DNA of 56,164 bases, from contig CAMFLL010000001.1 in NCBI GenBank assembly GCA_945957405.1, positions 1 to 56,164 on the forward strand, written 5' to 3'. Under the pieces are notes generated by a model. It was not told where the DNA came from, did no database searches, and saw nothing but the letters and a program-made list of their open reading frames with translations. The position numbers and the translations under genes were made by a program. The DNA is from an uncultured Mycolicibacterium sp. GTDB lineage: Bacteria > Actinomycetota > Actinomycetes > Mycobacteriales > Mycobacteriaceae. Below, in pieces: positions 32,806-42,158 of the stretch; positions within the stretch are counted from its first letter, which is position 1; each line of letters begins with the position of its first letter.

Positions 32806-34296
32806 TCACGAGATTCCGACATAGTCGCGGACGAGGCGGGCGGCCGCGCTGCGATCGGTCTTGCTGTACACCAGGCTCTTCACGAAGGCCGGCGGAGTGG
32901 CATTGACGTTCTCGAACAGCGCGACCCGACCGGCATGGGCGCCGGACAACAGGTCGAACACGAAGTTGAAGAATGTGTTCTTCTCGCGGGCGGTGACGCC
33001 GGTCCCGGTGAAGTAGGCATCCATCTTCGGTCCGAACTCCGGGTGATCCCAGACCTTTTCGGGCCAGCGGGCAATGAGCGCCTGCCCGCTGAGATCTTGG
33101 ATCTGGTAGGTGATCCGCGGGTAGTTCTCGATCGAGTAGAGCCGGCCCGCGGTGACGAGTTCCGGGTTGGGCACCTGCACGCCGTTCCACTCGACCGATT
33201 CGTGGATCGTCGCCAACGCATAGGCCTTGAGCGTCTGCGCGTACAGCGTGACGTCGGCGACCGCCGACTGCACGCCGGGTATCTTGTCGGTGCCCAGGAT
33301 CTCGGTGATCACCTGTGCCACACCGGCGAAGATCTCAGCGCGGAATGCCAGCCGCGTCATGACCGACCACAGCGAGAACGCGCAGCTCTCGTAGTACAGC
33401 GTGAGCAGGTCGAGGTTGTGCGCGCTGAAGACGAATTCCCTCGGGATGAAGACGTTGTCGAACATGATGATCTGGTCCATCTCCTCGCCGGCGTGGTCCA
33501 GGGGATGGTCGGCGCGGGCCGAATGCATGTTCGCCGTCGCCTCGCGCAGCAGCAGCGTCAAGCCAGGGCTGTTGATCGGGATGGCAGCCCAGATCGCGGC
33601 GTCGGGCCCCAGGCCGGGGCCCAGTGTGGTCGACAGCGTGAAGAAGTGCCCCAGCGACCCCATACTGCCGGCGACCTTCGCGCCGTTGAGCACGAACCCG
33701 TCGGATGTCTCCTTGACGATGCGCAGCTGCGACGGGCGCTCGTTGCGCGGAACGTTTTTGTCCGACTGCGGATCTGCGATCAGATCGGTCGACAGCAGAT
33801 TGTGGTCGGCGGACAGGGTGACGAAATCGCGGATGTTCTGCGCGAATTCGGGATTTTCCGCTTCGATGCGATCGATGGTCGACAGGAAGCCCAACGCCAT
33901 CATGGCACCATAGTCGACGGGCCTGCCGTAGACGCCCATCGTCCTCTTGGTGATGAACTCGGTACTGTCCTTCTTGGCCACGAGGTGCTCGCGCTTTGTC
34001 GGTACCTGCCAGCCGATTCCGCGACGGGCGCCGTCATCGCCGATGTAGGTGAGGATGTCGCGCAACTCAGGTGCGAACTGAGCGTCGAGAACCGATGCGG
34101 TGGTTTCGACGGCGCGAAGGTCGGGATGTGTTGTGACGTCCTCGATCTCCTGGCCGCGGCTGTCGACGATCCGCCGCCCGTCGCGCAGTGTCCGCTTGTA
34201 GAGGTCGCCGGTCAGCAGATGGGGTTCTGGGCTGTCCTTGAGCGCTGCGACGACCTTGTCGATGCGAAGGCGCTCTGCGTCGATGATTTCAGGCAT
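32806..34296 (-). CDS. Two-component flavin monooxygenase, oxygenase subunit (HpaB/TftD family)
   Basis: Y..TLRDGR, DVTTHP, GR..DY, NGAK, DHPL, EMD...FDNVFIP motifs; adjacent flavin reductase. Confidence 0.88.
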   Translation of the reverse strand: MPEIIDAERLRIDKVVAALKDSPEPHLLTGDLYKRTLRDGRRIVDSRGQEIEDVTTHPDLRAVETTASVLDAQFAPELRDILTYIGDDGARRGIGWQVPTKREHLVAKKDSTEFITKRTMGVYGRPVDYGAMMALGFLSTIDRIEAENPEFAQNIRDFVTLSADHNLLSTDLIADPQSDKNVPRNERPSQLRIVKETSDGFVLNGAKVAGSMGSLGHFFTLSTTLGPGLGPDAAIWAAIPINSPGLTLLLREATANMHSARADHPLDHAGEEMDQIIMFDNVFIPREFVFSAHNLDLLTLYYESCAFSLWSVMTRLAFRAEIFAGVAQVITEILGTDKIPGVQSAVADVTLYAQTLKAYALATIHESVEWNGVQVPNPELVTAGRLYSIENYPRITYQIQDLSGQALIARWPEKVWDHPEFGPKMDAYFTGTGVTAREKNTFFNFVFDLLSGAHAGRVALFENVNATPPAFVKSLVYSKTDRSAAARLVRDYVGIS

Positions 34297-34762
34297 TGGT
34301 GTTGCTCCCATCGGTGATCACTGCAATGGCTTCGGCTTCGATCAGGAAGCCGTCGTACATGAGGCCGGAAACCCGCACGGCCGTGCCGCACGGTCCCGGG
34401 TTCGGCAGGTACTGCATGCGGATGTTGGTCATCTTTGTCCAGTTCTGTTGAACCTCGGCGCCGTCACCCTCGAAGCAGTAGTAGGTGTTGAGCTTGACGA
34501 CGTGGCTCCAGTTGGCGCCGGCTGCCGCCAGGGTCTTCGTGATGTTCTCGAAGACGTTCCGCGTCTGGACTTCGATGTCACCGTCGCCGACGACGTTTCC
34601 CTCTGCGTCAGCGGACAATTGGCCGCCGACGAAGACGAGATTTCCGATTCGCCACCCCTGGGAGAATGGCGTTGGCATGTGCCAGTCCCAGGTGTCGGCC
34701 GGCATGAGCCGTTGCCGTACGGCGTTGTCGGGGACGTCGATGCCGGCGATGGCGTCGATCAT
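34289..34762 (-). CDS. Rid/YjgF family protein (copy 2)
   Basis: Start MIDAIAG; WDWHMPTPFSQGWR, GGQLSAD, DIEVQTRNVFE, LIEAEAIA; close paralog of copy 1. Confidence 0.9.
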   Translation of the reverse strand: MIDAIAGIDVPDNAVRQRLMPADTWDWHMPTPFSQGWRIGNLVFVGGQLSADAEGNVVGDGDIEVQTRNVFENITKTLAAAGANWSHVVKLNTYYCFEGDGAEVQQNWTKMTNIRMQYLPNPGPCGTAVRVSGLMYDGFLIEAEAIAVITDGSNTNA

Positions 34763-34802
34763 TGGAATTCCTCTCCTCGAATTTGGTGAAATGAAATGTC
34801 TG

Positions 34803-36224
34803 CTAGCTGGTTTCGGTGGCCGGGCGCAGCTTCGAACGCATCTCGACTTCGGGCGCCACGGCCGCCGCTTCCTGGCGGCGAACCAACTGGTAGTAGACGG
34901 CGAAGGTGACCAGGGACCCGACAATCCATGCGATGTCGATCCCCCCGAGCCACTGCGCGGCGAAACCGGTGTACAGGGCGCCGGACATGAACGGCAACTG
35001 GACCAGGAAACCGACGATGTAGGCGATCACCGCTGCCGCGTTGTAGTGGCCGTAGATGCCGCCGGTCGGCAGGAAGAACGACTCCACGTGATACTCCGCT
35101 TTGCGGATCAGGTAGTAGTCGACGAGATTGATGATGCTCCAGGGGATCAGGAAGTAGAGCAGGATCTGGATGAAGTTGCTGTAGCTGACCAGAAAGTCGT
35201 CGGCGAAGGCGGCGGCGATGTAGATCGAGAGCACGCTGACCGTCGTGGCAATGGCGATCCGCGCCGCGGCGCCCGGCAGCCACGAGCTCTTGAAGGTCTG
35301 GATCGTGGTCGCCACGCACAGCGCCGGCCCGTAGAGGTTGATGGTGCACGCGTCGATGGACCCGAGGAAGAAGATCGCCATCACGAAGATTCCGACTCCG
35401 CTGGGCAGCAGCGCATTCAGACCGCTCAAAGTGCCGTCCGAGATCCGGCCGAGCAACGCACCGACGATCATCATCGGAATGGCGCCACCGACGGTGCCGA
35501 GGTAGGTGGCCCAGAAGGCACCCGACGAGGACACCCTGCTCGGCAGGTAACGGGAGTAGTCCGACACGTAAGGTGCGTAGGCCAGCTGCCAGATCGCGGC
35601 CACCGAGAGCATGCCCATGAAGCCGTGCACCGTGAACACCGGCTCCGAGGTCGACGTCGGGGCGGCGTCGCTGGCGACCACGTACGCCAGCGTGAGGATC
35701 GCCGCGAGCGCGAACAGCGGCATGAGGAGGCGGTTGACTTTGTGGATCATCTCGTAGCCGAAGATCACCAGCGCCAGGGTCACTGCACCGCTGATGATCA
35801 GGGCCGCCACCGAGCCGAGGCTGGGAAAGATGACTTGCAGTGACGACGCCGCCAGGATCAGGATCGACGCGAGGAATCCCACGTACATCAGGACGACGAC
35901 GGCCAGCACCATCAGGGAGCCGCGCAGGCCGAACTGCCCGCGGCTCTGCACCATCTGCGGCACGCCGAGCCGTGGCCCCTGTACCGAGTGCAGCGAGACG
36001 AAGATGGCCCCGATCAGGTTGCCGATGACGATCGCGACTATCGCCCACATCGGCGGCAGCCCGTAGACCGTGGTCCCGAGCACGCCGGTGACCAATGTCA
36101 ACGGCATGATCTGCACCCCGAACCAGATGGGGAACAGCCCGCGTGCGCGGCCCCGCCGTGCTGATTCGGGAACTGGTGAAATCGTGACTTGCTCTACCTG
36201 AGCGGTGTGGTCGTTTGATCCCAT
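34803..36224 (-). CDS. NCS1 / purine-cytosine permease family transporter (copy 2)
   Basis: QGPRLGVPQMVQSRGQFG, YAPYVSDYSRYLP, PWSIINLVDYY motifs. Confidence 0.92.
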   Translation of the reverse strand: MGSNDHTAQVEQVTISPVPESARRGRARGLFPIWFGVQIMPLTLVTGVLGTTVYGLPPMWAIVAIVIGNLIGAIFVSLHSVQGPRLGVPQMVQSRGQFGLRGSLMVLAVVVLMYVGFLASILILAASSLQVIFPSLGSVAALIISGAVTLALVIFGYEMIHKVNRLLMPLFALAAILTLAYVVASDAAPTSTSEPVFTVHGFMGMLSVAAIWQLAYAPYVSDYSRYLPSRVSSSGAFWATYLGTVGGAIPMMIVGALLGRISDGTLSGLNALLPSGVGIFVMAIFFLGSIDACTINLYGPALCVATTIQTFKSSWLPGAAARIAIATTVSVLSIYIAAAFADDFLVSYSNFIQILLYFLIPWSIINLVDYYLIRKAEYHVESFFLPTGGIYGHYNAAAVIAYIVGFLVQLPFMSGALYTGFAAQWLGGIDIAWIVGSLVTFAVYYQLVRRQEAAAVAPEVEMRSKLRPATETS

Positions 36225-36666
36225 GTGAGGTGTCTTTCGGTGAGATACAGCAACGAGTCCTGGCAGTGCCCTGACGTTCGGCACCGCAGGTGGACTGGCT
36301 TGGGCGGCATCAAGGCCCGCTGCTGGCGATGGCTTGAAACCGGTTCTGCCTCAACTGATTTGCGTGGTGCGGATAGTCCTCGAAGATCGCCTCGTGAGCG
36401 AGTGGTTCAGGTGACGGCCGCGCTGGTGGCCAGCGGGCAGTCGGACTGTTTGGTTGTGCCGGCAACACTATTTTTGTGCGGCGTACCGGTAAAGCCTCCA
36501 AGGTCACGCTGCAAGTCACGTAACATGAACGTAACAGAGGGTTGCCTCACGTACACCTCGCGCCGCGGTCAGAGATGGGTGCTTACGCAGCACAAACACA
36601 GCCGTCACGCCCTCGAAACCGTGATGTGGGGCGAAGCCCGGTCCGGCCCTCCGGAAGGGTTGGCCG

Positions 36667-37458
36667 TCAGATCGTGGGCGGGGTGTTCACCCACACGATT
36701 TGGGCGATCGTCGCTCCGTGGTTGGTGTACGAATGCTCGCGCATACTGTCGAACGTCATCGCGTCGCCCGCCCGCAGGTCGAAGCGCTCCTGGCCGTCCA
36801 GGATCAACTCGATGGAGCCCTTGATCATGTAGAGGAACTCCTCACCGTCGTGTTGGAGCGCCCCGTCGGTGCCGGCGCCGGGCTGGACCGTGACCATGAG
36901 CGACTCCAGGACGGAATCCCCGGTGTACAACTTCTCCCAGGCCAGCCCGGGCGTTTGCATCGGGAGCAGCACCCGCTCGTCCTTGCGCACGATCGGTGAC
37001 GCCGCAGGCTCGCGCGCCTCGAGCAGTTCCGCCAGGGTCATACCGAAGGCGCGGCCCAATTTGTGCAGGGAGCCCACCGACGGCATCGACTGGCCGCGCT
37101 CGAGGCTGCTCACGGTCGATGCGGCCACGCCTGACTGCTCGGCGAGTTCACGTAACGACCAACCGGCATCCAGTCGCAACTGCCGAATCCGCTGGCCGAT
37201 GGCGTTGGCGTGCGACACGGTGTCCGGAAAGTGCGCGTTCAGATTGGCCTTGATGGCCGCGGCCGACCAGCCCTCTTCGTCGACGAGTCTCTTCAATTCC
37301 CGCAGTCGGTCGACATCGGCACGTGAGTACACGCGGTGACCCGACGAGGTGCGCCGCACGCTCAGCAGACCTTCGTTCTCCCACAGCCGAATTCGGCTCG
37401 GCGAGGTTCCGATCAGCTTGGCGACCTCACCCACCTGCCTCGGTCGATCGACAGCCAT
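36667..37458 (-). CDS. MerR-HTH / XRE-HTH / cupin transcriptional regulator (copy 2)
   Basis: IRLWENEGLL...RTSSGHRVY; IGQRIRQLR...SLRELA...SSLERG; HDGEEFLY...GDAMTF...H; C-terminal WVNTPP. Confidence 0.9.
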   Translation of the reverse strand: MAVDRPRQVGEVAKLIGTSPSRIRLWENEGLLSVRRTSSGHRVYSRADVDRLRELKRLVDEEGWSAAAIKANLNAHFPDTVSHANAIGQRIRQLRLDAGWSLRELAEQSGVAASTVSSLERGQSMPSVGSLHKLGRAFGMTLAELLEAREPAASPIVRKDERVLLPMQTPGLAWEKLYTGDSVLESLMVTVQPGAGTDGALQHDGEEFLYMIKGSIELILDGQERFDLRAGDAMTFDSMREHSYTNHGATIAQIVWVNTPPTI

Positions 37459-37545
37459 CCGACACCGCTCTCAACACGTACCCAATCGATGGCGGCAGGG
37501 TAACGCATTCTCCTGTTACAGGTTGTGGCCCCGCGTGGTAGGTGG

Positions 37546-40317
37546 ATGATCAAGTGCGTGAACGGTGTCGACGTGCAGTCGAAGCTGATCGGGCGCCAGC
37601 GTGAACAGGAGCACCTGTCCACTCTGCTGACTGCTGCGCGCACGGGTCAAAGCGGCGTGCTGGTGGTCCGCGGTGAGGCGGGAATCGGCAAAACGGCTCT
37701 CCTCGATCAGCTTGTGGCCGGTGCAGCGGACTGCCGCGTGCTTCACCTGTGCGGCTCCGAACTGGAGATGGAACTTCCGTATGCAAGTGTGCAGCAGTTG
37801 TGTGCACCGTTGCTGGGCTACCTCGACCAGATTCCCGGCCTGCAACAGAAAGCTCTGCGGGTGGCTGTGGGGCAGCAAGAGGGTGATGCGCCCGACCCGC
37901 TGTTGGTGAGTTTGAGCGTCTTGACTCTGTTGGGCGTCGCAAGCAGTGACATGCCGACGTTGTGTGTGATCGACGACGCCCAGTGGATCGACTCGGCTTC
38001 AGTGCGTACCTTGGCTTTCGTTGCCCGGCGGTTACAGGTCGAACCAGTTGCCATGATCTTCGCGGCCCGAACCCCGGTCCCCCGGTTCGATCTGAAGGGC
38101 TTTCCGGAGATGGTCCTCCCAGGACTCGATCCCCAGGAATCACACCAGTTGCTGGCCTCAGTGCTGCCCGGGCCGATGGATGAATTCGTCAAGGCAAACC
38201 TGATCGCGGAGGCCAAGGGCAATCCACTGGCACTTCTCGAACTTCACCGCGCGTTGACTCCGGCAGAGCTGGCCGGCGGATTCGGGCTCACCCACGCCGC
38301 CGACCCGCAGATGCTGGAACGCAGTTTCGGGCGACGGCTTCGTCATCTCCCCGACGATACCTTGATGCTGCTGCTGATCGCGGCCGCCGATCCAGCCGGG
38401 AGATCGCAGTGGCTGTGGGCGGCCGCGGGACAGCTCGGTATCACGGCGGCCGCCGCTGACGTCGCCGAAGGCGAAGGCCTGGTCGCTCTCGACAGCGACG
38501 GCCTGCGCTTTCGGCATCCGCTCATTCGGTCCGCCATCTATCGCGAGGCACCAGTCGCGCACCGCCGACTGGCACACGCAGCCCTCGCAGCCGTGATCTC
38601 GGGACCGTCGGCCGACGACTACCGCGCCTGGCATCGGGCCCACGCGGTGGAGTCCACCGACGAGAGCGTGGCGCTGGACCTCGAACGCTCCGCACAGCGA
38701 GCCCGCGGCAGGGGCGGGGCTGCCGCCGCTGCCGCATTTCTGGCCAGGGCCGCAGGACTCAGCGAACACCCAGAATTGCGCGCACGTCGCGCTCTTGCCG
38801 CGGCGGAGGCGAAACTGGATGCCGGGTTGCCGCGCGCCGCCGCACCGCTGCTGGCGACCGTCGATGACTCGACCAGTGACGAAACCCTCACGGCTCAAGC
38901 CGAACTCGTCCGAGCGAAAGTCGCCTTCGCGGTCAGCCGAGGTACCGCCGCCCCCGCATTGCTGCTGTCCGCAGCGGCGCGCCTCGCTCCGTTGAGTGCG
39001 TCGCTGTCACGGGAGACCTATCTTCAAGCGCTCACCGCGGCGATCGTCGTCGGACGATGCGCCACCGATGTGCTGAACAATCCAGCGGCCGTTGCGAAGG
39101 CGGCGGCCGGAGCCCCTGCTGCTTGCCACCCGGTACGGGCGGTCGACCTACTTCTCGACGGCTTGGTGGTGAGATTGACCGAGGGGCATCACGCCGCGAC
39201 GCCCATCCTCAAACGTGCCATCGACACGTACGTCGCCGAAGTGCACGACGGCTCGGCCGACCCACGGTGGCACGACATCACCCACCGGGTGTGCCTGGAC
39301 GTCTTCGACATCGACAACTACAACTTCCTGGCCCAACGCCAAGTCAACCAACTGCGCGCCGACGGAACCTTGACCGTGCTCCCTCTGGCACTGCAAACCT
39401 ATGCCGGCATCGAGGTCACGTCTGGCAACTTCAGCAAGGCCGGACTGCTTCTCGACGAATCCCGACTGATCAGCTCGGCCACCGGCTCGCCCCTGCCCGG
39501 TTGTCTGTGGGCGTACCTCGCCGCCTACCGCGGACAGGAAGGCGAATGCCTGGACCTCGTCCAGACCACGATCACCCGCGCCCAGCAGCGAGGCGAAGGG
39601 TTCGACATCGACGGTGCTCTCTACTCGAAAGCCATACTGCACCTTGGGTTGAGCCAGTACCCGGAGGCGTTCGCCGCCGCCGCGGCCGCCAACGAACACG
39701 ACGACATCGGCGTCCACGGCAATGTCTTGAATGAACTCGTCGAAGCCGCCGTTCGGTGTGGCGAGACCGACGCGGCCATCAGTGCCGCCGCCGAGTTGCG
39801 AGAGCAAGGTCACGCGTCGGGCACCGCCACCGCGTTGGGGTTGGCAGCGCGGGTAGAAGCGCTGGTCAACGACGGGTCCACGGCCGAGACGGCCTACCAG
39901 ACAGCCATCGCACACTTCGAACGAAGCCCCTTCGCCATCTACCTGCCTCGGACACACCTCGTCTACGGGGAGTGGCTACGGCGCGCCAAGAGACGGACGG
40001 ACGCGCGCCATCATCTGCGGACCGCCCACGACGCGTTCGTCAGGATGCGCGCCGAAGGCTTCGCCCACCGCGCGGGACGCGAGCTGAGGACCACCGGAGA
40101 GGCCATCCTGCCGCGCACCCTGCGCGGGGTATCCGGACTCACCACGCAGGAAGCACAGATCGCCGCCCTGACGCGCGACGGCTACACCAACGCCGAGATT
40201 GCCGGGCAGCTCTTCATCAGCCCGAGAACCGTTGAATGGCATCTGAAGAACGTGTACACCAAACTCTCCGTCACCTCCCGCAGGCAGCTGAGAAACATGA
40301 CCTTCGACGTCAGCTGA
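37546..40317 (+). CDS. Large ATP-binding LuxR-family regulator (AAA ATPase + C-terminal LuxR HTH)
   Basis: Walker A GEAGIGKT, IDDAQW, GNPLAL, FRHPL; C-terminal LTTQE...TNAEIA..LFISPRTVEWHL. Start approximate. Confidence 0.93.
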   Translation: MIKCVNGVDVQSKLIGRQREQEHLSTLLTAARTGQSGVLVVRGEAGIGKTALLDQLVAGAADCRVLHLCGSELEMELPYASVQQLCAPLLGYLDQIPGLQQKALRVAVGQQEGDAPDPLLVSLSVLTLLGVASSDMPTLCVIDDAQWIDSASVRTLAFVARRLQVEPVAMIFAARTPVPRFDLKGFPEMVLPGLDPQESHQLLASVLPGPMDEFVKANLIAEAKGNPLALLELHRALTPAELAGGFGLTHAADPQMLERSFGRRLRHLPDDTLMLLLIAAADPAGRSQWLWAAAGQLGITAAAADVAEGEGLVALDSDGLRFRHPLIRSAIYREAPVAHRRLAHAALAAVISGPSADDYRAWHRAHAVESTDESVALDLERSAQRARGRGGAAAAAAFLARAAGLSEHPELRARRALAAAEAKLDAGLPRAAAPLLATVDDSTSDETLTAQAELVRAKVAFAVSRGTAAPALLLSAAARLAPLSASLSRETYLQALTAAIVVGRCATDVLNNPAAVAKAAAGAPAACHPVRAVDLLLDGLVVRLTEGHHAATPILKRAIDTYVAEVHDGSADPRWHDITHRVCLDVFDIDNYNFLAQRQVNQLRADGTLTVLPLALQTYAGIEVTSGNFSKAGLLLDESRLISSATGSPLPGCLWAYLAAYRGQEGECLDLVQTTITRAQQRGEGFDIDGALYSKAILHLGLSQYPEAFAAAAAANEHDDIGVHGNVLNELVEAAVRCGETDAAISAAAELREQGHASGTATALGLAARVEALVNDGSTAETAYQTAIAHFERSPFAIYLPRTHLVYGEWLRRAKRRTDARHHLRTAHDAFVRMRAEGFAHRAGRELRTTGEAILPRTLRGVSGLTTQEAQIAALTRDGYTNAEIAGQLFISPRTVEWHLKNVYTKLSVTSRRQLRNMTFDVS

Positions 40318-40344
40318 GCGCCCCGAGCACCTCGAACAGACAAC

Positions 40345-40361
40345 CCCGTGTTCGTCACGGG
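40345..40361. promoter_or_regulatory. CCCGT-N7-ACGGG palindrome (site 1 of 3)
   Basis: CCCGT-GTTCGTC-ACGGG upstream of the decarboxylase; recurs at 50112 and 51838. Confidence 0.5.
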
Positions 40362-40439
40362 TACGAGCTGCGGGCTGCACTGGTTGGCTTCAACCAACTG
40401 AACCCCACACCGGCACACCATCTGAACTGAGGTGTTCAC

Positions 40440-42095
40440 ATGACCACGTCAACCACCGTCATCGAGTACGTCCTCGGTCGGCTTCGCGATATCGGTATCT
40501 CAGACATCTTCGGTGTCCCCGGCGACTTCGCGTTTCCCGTGCAGGACGCAATAGTCGGGCACCCCGACATCAACTGGATCGGCTGCTGCAACGAGCTGAA
40601 CGCGGCCTACGCCGCCGACGGCTACGCTCGGATCCGCGGGGTGGGCGCCGTCAGTACGACATACGGTGTCGGCGAACTCAGCGCCATCAGTGCCGTCGCC
40701 GGCTCCTACGCCGAGCATCTACCGGTATTCCACCTGACGGGTATGCCGAACATGGCCACCCAGAACAATCGCGCGCTGGTCCACCACACCCTCGGCAACG
40801 GCGAGTTCGAGCTCTTTCGCAAGATGGCCGAAACGGTCGTCGGCGCGAGCGCCATCATGACACCCGCGAATGCCGTCGCCGAGACGGAGCGCCTCATTGC
40901 GGAAGCGCTGTACAACCGCCGTCCGGTGTACATGGCCTTCCCCGCCGACCTCGCCGACAAACCGATACTCGCCTCATCGGGGTCGATGCCGATACCTGCC
41001 AGTGACCCCGACGCGCTGACCTCGGCGGCCGACGCCGTCGTAGCCGCACTCAACGCCGCGCCGAAGGCGTGTGCACTGCCCGGGTTACTGATCGATCGAC
41101 TCGGAATCGGCCAGCTGGCAGTCGACTTCATCGAAGCGACGGGCCTGCCGTTTGCGACGATGTTCGCCGACAAGTCGGTGATCGATGAAGACCACCCCAG
41201 CTACATCGGCATGTACGACGGCCGACTGATGGAAGAGCCTGTCCGCGAGTTCGTGGAGAACTCCGACCTGGTCCTGACGATCGGAACGATGCAGACCGAC
41301 TTCAACACCGGCGCCTTCACCGCCCGCCTCGATCCTGCCCGAACCATCGACATCGGACTTCACCAAACCCACGTCGGAGCCCGCGTCTTTCAGAACGTCG
41401 AACTCGCCGATCTGCTGCGCGAACTCGCCGGCCGCAAGGTCAACGCGCGCGCTGTCGCCGACGTCAAACCAGCGGAGATCGGTGACGTCCCCGGATCGGG
41501 CTCCGCCCCCATCACCGCCGATGCGCTCTACCCACGGTGGGCGAACTTGATCAGGCGCGGGGACATCGTTATCGCTGAAACCGGCACCTGTTCCATGGGT
41601 CTGGCGTTCGCGCAGCTCCCGCCGGGTGCCCGCTTCTACAATCAGACCCTGTGGGGTGCCATCGGCTGGGCGACACCCGCGGCGCTGGGCGCCGCCGTCG
41701 CAGCACCCGATCGGCGCGTCGTCCTGATCACCGGCGAAGGGTCTCACCAACTCACTGCGCAAGAAGTGAGTCAGTTTCATCGGCTGGGGCTGCAACCAAT
41801 CATTTTCGTGCTCAACAATTCCGGCTACCTCATCGAACGTCTACTGTGCGACGACCCGGCGACGGTGTACAACGATCTCGCCCCGTGGAATTACGCCGAA
41901 CTCCCCCATGCCCTCGGGTGCGAAGGCTGGTTCACAGTGCGGGTCACCACGCTGGAGGAACTCGATGCCGCCATCGCCACGGCCGGCGAGGGGCAGTGCG
42001 CCGCCTACGTCGAGGTCGTCACCGATACTTTCGAAGCTCCCGCGCTGGCCAACCGGCTGCACGACAACATCAAGACTCTCTACAACGCGGACTGA
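40440..42095 (+). CDS. kdc: Thiamine-diphosphate alpha-keto-acid decarboxylase (PDC/IpdC family)
   Basis: FGVPGDF, CNELNAAYAADGYAR, TYGVGELS, HHTLG, GEGS...NN TPP motif. Confidence 0.9.
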   Translation: MTTSTTVIEYVLGRLRDIGISDIFGVPGDFAFPVQDAIVGHPDINWIGCCNELNAAYAADGYARIRGVGAVSTTYGVGELSAISAVAGSYAEHLPVFHLTGMPNMATQNNRALVHHTLGNGEFELFRKMAETVVGASAIMTPANAVAETERLIAEALYNRRPVYMAFPADLADKPILASSGSMPIPASDPDALTSAADAVVAALNAAPKACALPGLLIDRLGIGQLAVDFIEATGLPFATMFADKSVIDEDHPSYIGMYDGRLMEEPVREFVENSDLVLTIGTMQTDFNTGAFTARLDPARTIDIGLHQTHVGARVFQNVELADLLRELAGRKVNARAVADVKPAEIGDVPGSGSAPITADALYPRWANLIRRGDIVIAETGTCSMGLAFAQLPPGARFYNQTLWGAIGWATPAALGAAVAAPDRRVVLITGEGSHQLTAQEVSQFHRLGLQPIIFVLNNSGYLIERLLCDDPATVYNDLAPWNYAELPHALGCEGWFTVRVTTLEELDAAIATAGEGQCAAYVEVVTDTFEAPALANRLHDNIKTLYNAD

Positions 42096-42158
42096 ACGGT
42101 GCTCCTTGTCTGGGCAAATCGGGTGTGGCGGACCTGCATCTGAAGAAGGATGTGTGCA

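Noticed and set aside
32431-34317. 628-aa plus-strand ORF
   Set aside because: Antisense shadow of the flavin monooxygenase caused by GC3 bias.
37500-37519. GTAAC-N10-GTTAC in the divergent gap between regulators
   Set aside because: 5-bp arms only; insufficient evidence.
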